A stretch of 64,000 nt of DNA from the IMG/VR virus record IMGVR_UViG_3300006922_000005, one strand, 5' to 3'. Each line of letters starts with the position of its first letter. Within the stretch, counting starts at the first letter, position 1. The notes under the pieces were generated by a model. That model saw nothing but the letters and a program-made list of their open reading frames with translations, had not been told where the DNA came from and did no database searches. This DNA is from a virus (lineage: Duplodnaviria > Caudoviricetes). Shown one piece after another: positions 54,452 to 62,618 of the stretch. The position numbers and the translations under genes are program-made.

Positions 54452-54604
54452 TTAATCCTTGTTTATAATATCAGGAGTAATAGTGTCTACTGTGTTAACT
54501 ACTGTTTTCCCTGCGTAAATTGCCGTTGATGTTGCTACATCGACTACTGCTACAGTTGTAGAACAACCCGAACATAGTAAAATAATAGCAAATAATTTAT
54601 GCAT
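54452..54604 (-). CDS. Small lipoprotein (50 aa; below the ORF-track cutoff)
   Basis: MHKLFAIILLCSGCSTTVAVVDVATSTAIYAGKTVV...: signal peptide plus lipobox-like SGC. Confidence 0.65.
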   Translation of the reverse strand: MHKLFAIILLCSGCSTTVAVVDVATSTAIYAGKTVVNTVDTITPDIINKD

Positions 54605-54878
54605 TAGGATTGATACCTGCCACATCAGTTACATTTGCCCATCTAAAACTACGCCAACCTTTAGCATTAATATCCCATACTATTTGTGTTTCTTCACTAA
54701 TAGAACGGACTTTCTTTTGACTAGCAGTATCATCTTTAGTTGCCGGAGGAATAACACCTTCTTCAAGTGTACATGTCATTACTCTTTTGTCACCGTTTAT
54801 TTTTGTAAATGTTACAATAACTTCACCTTGTTTAAGTTTTGTTATTGTTGACTCTTTTAATTCTTCATATGTTTCCAT
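54597..54878 (-). CDS. WYL_2/DUF2693-like SH3-fold protein
   Basis: VTFTKINGDKRVMTCTL...VWDINAKGWRSFRW; GAGG RBS before 54878. Confidence 0.7.
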   Translation of the reverse strand: METYEELKESTITKLKQGEVIVTFTKINGDKRVMTCTLEEGVIPPATKDDTASQKKVRSISEETQIVWDINAKGWRSFRWANVTDVAGINPNA

Positions 54879-54879
54879 G

Positions 54880-55356
54880 TTAACCTCGTTCATTTAAATA
54901 TTCCTCATTATGAACCCATCTGTATCCAGTATGTTTTACCCAACGCATAAAGCCCCATTCTTTTTGTTTCTTTCCCATAAAGAATATGCTTGTGCATGGT
55001 AGTTCGTTTCCGTCTTTGTCTTTAGCAAGTTCTAACCAATGTAAGTCACTTGCCTTTCTAAATCTAATATGTCCAGGACCACGCCAATGTGCAGTTGCAC
55101 CACATACGTGTCCTTCTTTTGCAAATACTGGAACATACTCCCAATACCCGCCTTTTAAAATAATAGCACCCCAACTCCATGGATGATCATGTAACACAGG
55201 TTCATCACTTACAAGAACTTTATGAAGTGTAATATTAAATGGAAAGTTTTTTCTTTCTTTTAAAAATAGATAATATCTAATCAAATAAGGTACTTTTCCT
55301 GAGCGATCAGTAATCACTCTACGTCTACCTAGTTTGTCCATTATCTTACTAAACAT
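54880..55356 (-). CDS. Cupin-fold protein
   Basis: LHKVLVSDEPVLHDHPW...LKGGYWE...HWLEL. Confidence 0.75.
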   Translation of the reverse strand: MFSKIMDKLGRRRVITDRSGKVPYLIRYYLFLKERKNFPFNITLHKVLVSDEPVLHDHPWSWGAIILKGGYWEYVPVFAKEGHVCGATAHWRGPGHIRFRKASDLHWLELAKDKDGNELPCTSIFFMGKKQKEWGFMRWVKHTGYRWVHNEEYLNERG

Positions 55357-55629
55357 TTATTCTTCCATTTCTTCATTAACTTTACACATATTATACACGT
55401 TTATGAACTGTTTGTAAAGAGATTTTGCAGTCGGATACTTTTCTAATAAGTCCAAATCAATCATCTCATAATTATCAAATCTATCTTCCCAACTACTTGT
55501 ATCTATTGTAATATTATCTACGTCCATTCCGGAAATCGACATTGACGTATTGTAAGTATCACTAACAGAATACGTAACGGAACCTGCATTACTATTATCT
55601 AATGTAAATGTGTAATCATCGTCATTCAT
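55357..55629 (-). CDS. Small acidic hypothetical protein
   Basis: 90-aa ORF. Confidence 0.65.
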   Translation of the reverse strand: MNDDDYTFTLDNSNAGSVTYSVSDTYNTSMSISGMDVDNITIDTSSWEDRFDNYEMIDLDLLEKYPTAKSLYKQFINVYNMCKVNEEMEE

Positions 55630-55651
55630 TTAAGAATCTCCAATATAGAAA

Positions 55652-55673
55652 AGTGGGGGATTTCTCCCCCACT
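55652..55673 (-). terminator. Rho-independent terminator after yhhQ
   Basis: AGTGGGGGA-GAAA-TCCCCCACT followed by TTT on the minus strand. Confidence 0.85.
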
Positions 55674-55685
55674 ATACTAAAACAA

Positions 55686-56345
55686 TTAACTTGCTGACTT
55701 ATTATCAGTAAGTTTACCGTTAAGGTATTTTAACAAAATACCGTATGCTGGCAGGAATACTACCAAGCCTACGACAATCTTAGTCAGTGTGTTGTTCTGT
55801 GCAACAATGTGCCAGTTAGCACCAATCCAAGACATGTTACCTTCTGCGTCCAACGATCCTGCAAACGCCACATAAAAGAATGAATATGTGTCAATTATAT
55901 TTGCAACAATAGTTGAAAGTGCAGGAGCCGCCCACCATGCGTTTGAGCGTTCTCTAATTGCTTGGAAAACATATACGTCAAGCATTGTACCAATTGCGTA
56001 TGCGGTACCACTTGCTAAACCTACTCTGTATGCGTGTGGATCATCTAGTGCCATTAGCACAAGTACAGATGCTATAATAGCAGGAATAATTGCCATTGCT
56101 ACAACGGCTCTTCCTGCTTCTTTACCAACCATACGTACTGTTAGGTCAGTTGCTACAACAACGATCGGAAATGTAAAAGCCGCCGCCGCTAGTGGAAATG
56201 ATCCAAACAAGGGCAATTCAGCACCTGGAAATAAATCAAATCTAATCGTAACTAGATAGTTTGACACAGCAATAACAAGCGTGTGTAAAATAACTAGTTT
56301 AGTTACAAGTGCCCTATCGACACCGTGTAAAAGTTTTGTGAACAT
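55686..56345 (-). CDS. yhhQ: Queuosine-precursor (preQ0/preQ1) transporter, VUT family
   Basis: Six hydrophobic helices; SNYLV, FTFPIVVVATDLTVR, LDVYVF, NIIDTYSFF; next to folE. Confidence 0.85.
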   Translation of the reverse strand: MFTKLLHGVDRALVTKLVILHTLVIAVSNYLVTIRFDLFPGAELPLFGSFPLAAAAFTFPIVVVATDLTVRMVGKEAGRAVVAMAIIPAIIASVLVLMALDDPHAYRVGLASGTAYAIGTMLDVYVFQAIRERSNAWWAAPALSTIVANIIDTYSFFYVAFAGSLDAEGNMSWIGANWHIVAQNNTLTKIVVGLVVFLPAYGILLKYLNGKLTDNKSAS

Positions 56346-56411
56346 TCGTTCCTCCTTCTATTTTGGTGCCTTGCACCTTTTAACACAATATTGTGTTAAA
56401 CTTTTTATTGA

Positions 56412-57101
56412 TTACGAACCTGCCGCAAATTGCTGTTGCAGTTTAACGTTATCGATAAATTCTTTTTTAGTTGCAGGATCATCTTTAAACGCACCACGTA
56501 ATACTGTTGTTTGTGTTAATGAACTATGGGCTCTAATACCCCTGTTCTCACAACAACCGTGTGTTGCTTGTACATATACACCTACGTGTTCACTACCTGT
56601 TTGTTCTTGTATTGCATTAGCAATCATAACATTCAGTTCTTCTTGTAGTGTACCTCTTGTAGCACACCATTGTGCAATACGAGTGTACTTACTTAAACCT
56701 AATAGTTTAGGTCCTGCAATGATACCAATGTATGCTACACCTTTTACTGTCTGGTGATGATGCGAACATAAACTTGTAAGTTCACTTCGCACTACTAACA
56801 TACCTTCATAACCGCCTTCAATATAGTTAGGAAATGCACTTGGATTAGGCATTGGATCATAACGTCCTGCCATAATCTCATTAATGTACATCTTAGCCAT
56901 ACGTCTTGCAGTATCCATACTGTTAGGATCTGTTTTAGTATCAATTAATAATTTTTGTAATACATTTTCAAAAGCAGGTACTGCTTCATCAATTAACTGT
57001 TGCTTATCACCTTCTTCAATGTAATCAGCAATGTTGTCGTTAGCCCAATATCTTACGCCTTGTTGTTCTAACTTTGCTTTTATTTCTTCGCTTTTACTCA
57101 T
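56412..57101 (-). CDS. folE: GTP cyclohydrolase I
   Basis: SLCSHHH, GLSKYTRI, LQEEL, ATHGCCENRG, TQTTVLRGAF. Confidence 0.95.
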   Translation of the reverse strand: MSKSEEIKAKLEQQGVRYWANDNIADYIEEGDKQQLIDEAVPAFENVLQKLLIDTKTDPNSMDTARRMAKMYINEIMAGRYDPMPNPSAFPNYIEGGYEGMLVVRSELTSLCSHHHQTVKGVAYIGIIAGPKLLGLSKYTRIAQWCATRGTLQEELNVMIANAIQEQTGSEHVGVYVQATHGCCENRGIRAHSSLTQTTVLRGAFKDDPATKKEFIDNVKLQQQFAAGS

Positions 57102-57140
57102 TTATTTCTCCGATGTTTAGGCAGTGGATTGCCTCTTTTA

Positions 57141-58238
57141 TTATAACTTCTCAAGTAAGTTTTTACAACTAAAATAGTTGTCATTTAATTGAGTAGCAAG
57201 TTTATTTAGGTCAATAAGGTAGTTGTCATAATTTTCCATATAATCAATTATACGTGCAACTATCTCATCTTTGTGTTCTTTATACGAAACAAATGATTCT
57301 GTCCATTCGCTTGGGTATAAGAACTTGCCTGTATTGTCCATTTCAGTGTAACTTAAACGATCTGGAACCATAGGCAAGGTGCCAACCAAAGCACCTTCGT
57401 ACCAACTAATACCTAGTGTTTCTTGTAGGTTAGCACTAAAGACAAGTTTTGCTTCTCCTAGTGCGTTGTAGTATTCTTGTTTTGAATAATTTTTATCCAT
57501 ACAAATTTCAAATTCATATTGTGTAAGTGTGTCTTTTAAATCTAAAAATATCTCAGGTTGTTTTTCTGGAGCAACTCTGTGCGGAAACAAAATTAAATTA
57601 CGTTTTGTCATACCTTTAAATGCTTCTAATTCTTTGCGTACATATTCCATAGGCCAACCGCAACGTACAATCTTTCCGTTATTGAATCTATTGTTGTATG
57701 CTTCGTTATACATGTCTGTAGGTTCGTTGTTGCCATCTAAAAGTAATTCATCAAAGAACAACTTTACATGGAAGTCTGTTGCAAAGTAATTATGATCATA
57801 ACTGTGAAAGAAACTTTTCTCTGCATGTCTTACCCACGGTGCATTATTAATAAGTCTACCTAAAAAGTCTTGTGGGTCGTATGAGCCAGCATGCCAAAGT
57901 GCATGTGTTATAACTTTAATGCCAAGTAGTTCACTCATATACTTAATATTAGTGATACCAGGATGCCAAGCATCTGTAAAGATAATATGATCACCTTCGT
58001 GTACTTCGCCTGTTGTAAATGCTCTACTAATTTGTTCTATTTGATTTGCTTTGTAAATATTAGTACCACCAAAGTTCAAAAAAGCACCTGGAGTTGTAGC
58101 ATTAGGAATATCTGTTGGACCTTCTACAACAAATACTTCGTGATTGTTCTTACGTAGTAATGCAGGAAAGAAAGTTTTCCATTGTTTAGTGTAGCGTGTT
58201 TCTACACTCTCTATATCTATTAACCATATTCTAGCCAT
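57141..58238 (-). CDS. GT-B fold glycosyltransferase (family 1/4-like)
   Basis: FPHRVAPEKQPEIF...QETLGISWYEGALVGTLPMVPD. Confidence 0.85.
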   Translation of the reverse strand: MARIWLIDIESVETRYTKQWKTFFPALLRKNNHEVFVVEGPTDIPNATTPGAFLNFGGTNIYKANQIEQISRAFTTGEVHEGDHIIFTDAWHPGITNIKYMSELLGIKVITHALWHAGSYDPQDFLGRLINNAPWVRHAEKSFFHSYDHNYFATDFHVKLFFDELLLDGNNEPTDMYNEAYNNRFNNGKIVRCGWPMEYVRKELEAFKGMTKRNLILFPHRVAPEKQPEIFLDLKDTLTQYEFEICMDKNYSKQEYYNALGEAKLVFSANLQETLGISWYEGALVGTLPMVPDRLSYTEMDNTGKFLYPSEWTESFVSYKEHKDEIVARIIDYMENYDNYLIDLNKLATQLNDNYFSCKNLLEKL

Positions 58239-58458
58239 TTGTTAATCCTAATATTGTTAGTATTCTTAAATCGTTATATTCAAATATTATAGCATCATCC
58301 ATACTATCTGTATAGCCTTGATCTTGCCAAATAAAATCACGACCGTAAACATAACCATGATTGCCTAGTGTATTACTCACTTTGGCGACTGCGTCTACGG
58401 TCGTATAATTTGCATTTAATGCACCACCTTCTACTGAATTTCCAAATTTATCAGTCAA
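58231..58458 (-). CDS. Small hypothetical protein (TTG start)
   Basis: GAGG RBS then TTG at 58458; the longer track ORF overlaps a better-supported gene. Confidence 0.5.
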   Translation of the reverse strand: MTDKFGNSVEGGALNANYTTVDAVAKVSNTLGNHGYVYGRDFIWQDQGYTDSMDDAIIFEYNDLRILTILGLTNG

Positions 58459-58468
58459 GTATGGACCT

Positions 58469-58690
58469 CTATCGCTTTGGTCCTCGGTTCTTAAAGTTAC
58501 GATTCTTGTGAACACGTTGTTTTGCTTTCCGTGGATTGTTACGACCTTCGTATGCCCTCCACTCTCTTGTTTCCCTTTTGTAAAGGAACTTTTCGTTAAA
58601 TTTAAACCCTTCAAATCGACAAAAGTCGCGGAAGGAATCGAGATCATCAAAGATTTTTACAATCTCTGGACGTTGTGCAAGGTAAGACAA
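58469..58690 (-). CDS. Small basic hypothetical protein (TTG start)
   Basis: AGGAG RBS; IFDDLDSFRDFCR motif. Confidence 0.7.
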   Translation of the reverse strand: MSYLAQRPEIVKIFDDLDSFRDFCRFEGFKFNEKFLYKRETREWRAYEGRNNPRKAKQRVHKNRNFKNRGPKR

Positions 58691-58704
58691 TGTTATCTCC
58701 TTTT

Positions 58705-59088
58705 TTACTTTGCATAGTACTCAATGTGTGCGCCGTTTTCTCCATCTTCACTTACGTCAATATGGACTTCACGACCTGGGTGTTTTGCGATAATTTGTTC
58801 ATATAAATCATCACTCATCATTTCACAACTCTTATAATCTAGTTCAAGTGTTTTTTCTGCGTAAAGTTTTTCTAACCAACGTTTAAATTGAATAAACTCT
58901 ATATCTCTATCGTTGTGTGTTACAGTAATACCTACTTTAAAATGAAATATGTGTCTGTGGGGATATCCCAAAAAACTAACATCATATTCATCACCTGTAG
59001 CAAGTGCTGGATCGTCCAGTGCCGCAGGATATTTGTGAATACCTTCTTTTCTAAAGGTTACCCATATCATTCTTTTTGCGTTTTCCAT
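58705..59088 (-). CDS. QueD-like T-fold protein, probable DpdL (CDG decarboxylase) subfamily
   Basis: LGYPHRHIF = LxxxHRHxF rather than canonical QueD CxxxHGH; IEFIQFKRWL, SCEMM. Confidence 0.7.
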   Translation of the reverse strand: MENAKRMIWVTFRKEGIHKYPAALDDPALATGDEYDVSFLGYPHRHIFHFKVGITVTHNDRDIEFIQFKRWLEKLYAEKTLELDYKSCEMMSDDLYEQIIAKHPGREVHIDVSEDGENGAHIEYYAK

Positions 59089-59162
59089 AATTACCTTTTC
59101 GTTTTCTTCTCTTGTTCTTCTTAACATATAATCATAATAAGGTTCTCTTTGATTATTCATTT

Positions 59163-59191
59163 ATAATACATTCTTTCTATACAGTTGTCAA
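59163..59191 (-). promoter_or_regulatory. Sigma70-type promoter for the T-fold/GT/folE/yhhQ unit
   Basis: TTGACA-17-TATTAT. Confidence 0.7.
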
Positions 59192-60435
59192 TTACTTTTC
59201 CAGTTATTTTGGTCCCATATTTTACCATTATTAACAAGGGTTACAAACTTTTGAAATGTGTGTTCAATGTAGTCTGCTTCTTGTTTATTTAGGTCGTAGA
59301 AACTCAAGAACCAAATTCTTGTGTGTTCTGAGTTCCATAATTTATGACTGTTTAAAAATGTTGATAACATTTTACATTGATCATTGTCATAATTGTTCAC
59401 AAAGTTACAGTAAAGAATACTGTTGCTGTGTGTTACTTCAAATGTATCTACTTGTTTTAGTATGTTTGCAATACGTTCAACAAACGGTACAACATCATTT
59501 ATTACTTTTGTACCAATATCTTCTTCAATACATTTGTTAATTGTTTCTATTGTTGCTCTAGCACCTGTATTTGATTGTGCCCTTGTATTACCTACTGCAA
59601 TAGGAAAGTTATCCCATAGGCTAGGATCAAATGCACTTATTGTATCGTGAATGTTTTTATGTAATACGGTAATAGCCAAAGTTCCAAACCCACCTGTAAG
59701 TGCTTTTCCAAAACAGATCATATCAGGGTTTAAGTTTTTATGTATACTATGTGAAAAATGTCCCATACGCCACATGCCTGTAAGTATTTCATCTACTATT
59801 AACAAGCAACCTGTTTGTTTTCTTGCAGTTTGTATTTTTTCTAATACTTCGTCACTTACTTCACTAATACCATTATACCAATTTACAGTATCTAACATAA
59901 TACCTGCAAGGGTATCTTTGTGTTTTGTAAACATAGCATCAAAGTTATCATCAAAGAAGTCTACAAAATCAATATGTGGCCAATTTCCTAAAATCCAATC
60001 TTGATCATCTGTCATTTGCCAACCAGTAATACTACCTGAATGAAAACTTCCTTTTCTTACAAGTACTGTACGTCTGCGAGATTGTTCTTTTTTAGTCCAA
60101 TATCTCCATGCAATCTTTAATGAATTGTCTACACTATCACTGCCCGTAAGTGCAGGTATAAATCCTGTGTATGTGTTAGGTAAAACTTTTTTAAGAGTAT
60201 CTTCTAGTTCATACCATACAGTACTTTTAGTTGTCCAATCATCGTTTGGAAACTGAAAACTTGTTTCTGCTACTTTGGCTTGTATTTCAGGCTGTGTAAA
60301 TCCAAATATATTACATCCTGTTCCGCCACTTAGGTCATACCATTGCTGATTTTCACCTACTAAGAAGTGTCCATTCATTTCTTTAACTTTAGGGTGTTCG
60401 TCTTTGGGCTGAGAAAAAGGGTGTATTAATTTCAT
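59188..60435 (-). CDS. Class III PLP-dependent aminotransferase
   Basis: GSFHSG, LIVDEILTGMWRMG...PDMICFGKALTGG (PLP lysine present). Confidence 0.9.
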   Translation of the reverse strand: MKLIHPFSQPKDEHPKVKEMNGHFLVGENQQWYDLSGGTGCNIFGFTQPEIQAKVAETSFQFPNDDWTTKSTVWYELEDTLKKVLPNTYTGFIPALTGSDSVDNSLKIAWRYWTKKEQSRRRTVLVRKGSFHSGSITGWQMTDDQDWILGNWPHIDFVDFFDDNFDAMFTKHKDTLAGIMLDTVNWYNGISEVSDEVLEKIQTARKQTGCLLIVDEILTGMWRMGHFSHSIHKNLNPDMICFGKALTGGFGTLAITVLHKNIHDTISAFDPSLWDNFPIAVGNTRAQSNTGARATIETINKCIEEDIGTKVINDVVPFVERIANILKQVDTFEVTHSNSILYCNFVNNYDNDQCKMLSTFLNSHKLWNSEHTRIWFLSFYDLNKQEADYIEHTFQKFVTLVNNGKIWDQNNWKSN

Positions 60436-60439
60436 TGCG

Positions 60440-60955
60440 TTACTCTACTGAATTATCATTTTCGTATTTAGACCAATCAGTAAACTTATCTCTTGGCTGT
60501 AAATCTCTAGCATAATGTACCCAAACACCTACGTTAGATGCTTTAAAGTCTTTATCATCAATCTTAATACAAGCATTATAATTTAAATGATCGATATACG
60601 GAAGTTTAACACTAATCATACTAATAAATTTATTATATTCGTTATATCCTGCTTCGATAACATATTCATGATATCTTACATCATAATCTAGTGTAACCAT
60701 ATAACTTTCTTTAAGTAACCCTTCTACAAGTTCGTCCCAAGCATGACTTGTACCGCCATCAATATTAAAACTTTGATTAGCACCTAAGTAAATATGATCT
60801 ACTGCATGTTTCTTTGCTTGTTTTAATACTTCTTGTAATGGTCTAGGCCCTACTACAAATAACGTGTGTTCTTCAAATGCTGGAGTTTTTTCTACTTCGT
60901 AACCTGTGAAGTAAACAACATCGTCCTTAACACCATCATCATAATCACGCTTCAC
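60440..60955 (-). CDS. Hypothetical protein in the deazaguanine cluster
   Basis: 171 aa; GYEVEKTPA...TLFVVG...HIYLGANQSF. Confidence 0.75.
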   Translation of the reverse strand: MKRDYDDGVKDDVVYFTGYEVEKTPAFEEHTLFVVGPRPLQEVLKQAKKHAVDHIYLGANQSFNIDGGTSHAWDELVEGLLKESYMVTLDYDVRYHEYVIEAGYNEYNKFISMISVKLPYIDHLNYNACIKIDDKDFKASNVGVWVHYARDLQPRDKFTDWSKYENDNSVE

Positions 60956-61160
60956 TTTGTGCCTCCAATGAAGTTATTTCTAAGTTAATTTTCCACATCT
61001 CGTCTTTAAGAGAAAGTTTTTGTTTCTTCATTTCTACTAAAAACTTTTCTTGTACTTTTTCTGCCTCTGCAACTTCAACTTTTTCATGTACTAGTTTATG
61101 TTTTGCAATAAGGCTTTGCAGTCTATTGTTTAACTTATCTATCTTTTCTACGTTAGTCAT
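60945..61160 (-). CDS. DUF465/YdcH-like coiled-coil protein
   Basis: LIAKHKLVHEKVE...MKKQKLSLKDEM; GAGG RBS before 61160. Confidence 0.7.
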   Translation of the reverse strand: MTNVEKIDKLNNRLQSLIAKHKLVHEKVEVAEAEKVQEKFLVEMKKQKLSLKDEMWKINLEITSLEAQSEA

Positions 61161-61161
61161 A

Positions 61162-62610
61162 TTATACCTCCTCGAATAGGTTTGTGTATTGTGTACTAGC
61201 ATTAACTGTCTTCTTACCAGTAGCACCTCTAGTTCCAATAATAGACATCCAAAACCTTGAAAATTCTTCTATTATCGCATTTGCTTCGTCTCTGTTTGAA
61301 GTTGCAAATATTGCTTCCACAACATCTTTAAAAAATAACCTGTCAAAGGACTCTTCGACAAGCATGTTTGGAATGATTCCATTGTCGTATTGTCTGTTTG
61401 CTTCTTGTACTGCATTGATATGACTCCATACATTATGACCCATTTGGATCGCATAAGAAAAACTATCCCATGATGTCTTTCCTTCTTTACCTATTTTATT
61501 TAGATCACCTGGAGCATAAATGCAAACATCTTTGGCTTTTAAGTTTTGTGTAAGTGGTGAATCTTTAAAACTTCCATGTTTACCTTCACGTACAAATGCT
61601 TGTGCAAAAGGCGTAGTATCTGTAGCAAGTGCTTTATCATCTATGCTAGGTACCATTCTGTATACCCATTTACTTCTATCTTGTGTTTCAAGTTCACAAT
61701 AAATTTGACCATTTGCTGTGGCTAAGAACGGACTAGCACAATCAAATGTAATCATAAAGTTTTCATTGTGATACTTGCGAACTGCTCTTTGTATATCTGT
61801 TAATAATGTTGCCCACTCTAATTTACTAGTACCCAAAAAGTGCATAACATCATGTTTGCCCTTTTCAAGTAATCCATCAAAGCGTAATGCAACTAAACGT
61901 TTTAATACTAGATGTACATCACACATGTTCTGTCCACCCATCGACCAACCATTAAAATGATTTTCATACTTTTTAGGATCACAGTAATCTTTCATTTGTT
62001 GATACCAATCTTCTGCATCAGCATGATTCTCGCCTTGTAATACATTTAAGAATTTACAAGCACCGCTTCTGTGTTTCATAAAGTAGTCGTTGTTAATACG
62101 TGTAGCATTAACGGCATCTTGATAGTTGTCAATACCTGTTGCTTTTGCACCTGCTGGTGAACGTGCTACCCAAGCCGGAATATCAAGTATCATACCATAG
62201 TCCATGTAAGCGTCCATCCACGCAAGTACTTGCTCACGTTTCTTTTGTGCTTTAGGACAATTAGGATCTTTCCAATCACCTTCCCACACACCTTTACCTA
62301 TCTGGAAACCACCTGAGTCACCTAACATCCAACTATTGTTACGATCTCTATCTCGTACCATATCTTCTTTAGGTGCATCTTTATTAATATCTAGTTCGGC
62401 ATGTCCTGCGGAATATAATGACCAATGATAGTTAAACAGTCCTTCTTTCTTGTTTAACCAATTCATACTTTCCATACTAGGATACGGAATACGACTCTTA
62501 TCAACGTATTCTTCTCTGCGTTGCTTACCTATAAAGGTAGCATAGAAACCACTCAACGCTGGTAAAAACGTTGCGTAGTCTTTTTGTTCTGTTGTTAAGT
62601 CCGTATTCAT
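61162..62610 (-). CDS. dpdA: TGT-fold guanine transglycosylase (DNA 7-deazaguanine inserting)
   Basis: GDSGGFQI, LNVLQG, GWSMGG, HFLG, FDCASP, HNVW; cluster with folE and queE. Confidence 0.85.
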   Translation of the reverse strand: MNTDLTTEQKDYATFLPALSGFYATFIGKQRREEYVDKSRIPYPSMESMNWLNKKEGLFNYHWSLYSAGHAELDINKDAPKEDMVRDRDRNNSWMLGDSGGFQIGKGVWEGDWKDPNCPKAQKKREQVLAWMDAYMDYGMILDIPAWVARSPAGAKATGIDNYQDAVNATRINNDYFMKHRSGACKFLNVLQGENHADAEDWYQQMKDYCDPKKYENHFNGWSMGGQNMCDVHLVLKRLVALRFDGLLEKGKHDVMHFLGTSKLEWATLLTDIQRAVRKYHNENFMITFDCASPFLATANGQIYCELETQDRSKWVYRMVPSIDDKALATDTTPFAQAFVREGKHGSFKDSPLTQNLKAKDVCIYAPGDLNKIGKEGKTSWDSFSYAIQMGHNVWSHINAVQEANRQYDNGIIPNMLVEESFDRLFFKDVVEAIFATSNRDEANAIIEEFSRFWMSIIGTRGATGKKTVNASTQYTNLFEEV

Positions 62611-62618
62611 TATATCTC

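Noticed and set aside
57105-57140. Canonical preQ1-I or THF-II riboswitch before folE
   Set aside because: The 6-nt loop and short A-tract do not fit either consensus; kept only as a low-interest novel hairpin
58231-58650. Full 139-aa ORF from the track
   Set aside because: The 5' half overlaps the 58469-58690 gene, which has a strong RBS; the TTG at 58458 with its own RBS is the likelier start
61162-62610. Annotation as a tRNA-guanine transglycosylase (tgt) for queuosine tRNA
   Set aside because: Lacks the CxCx2C zinc motif, is divergent from bacterial Tgt, and lies next to the clamp and polymerase with no queA/queG/queF; DNA-acting DpdA is more plausible, though not proven
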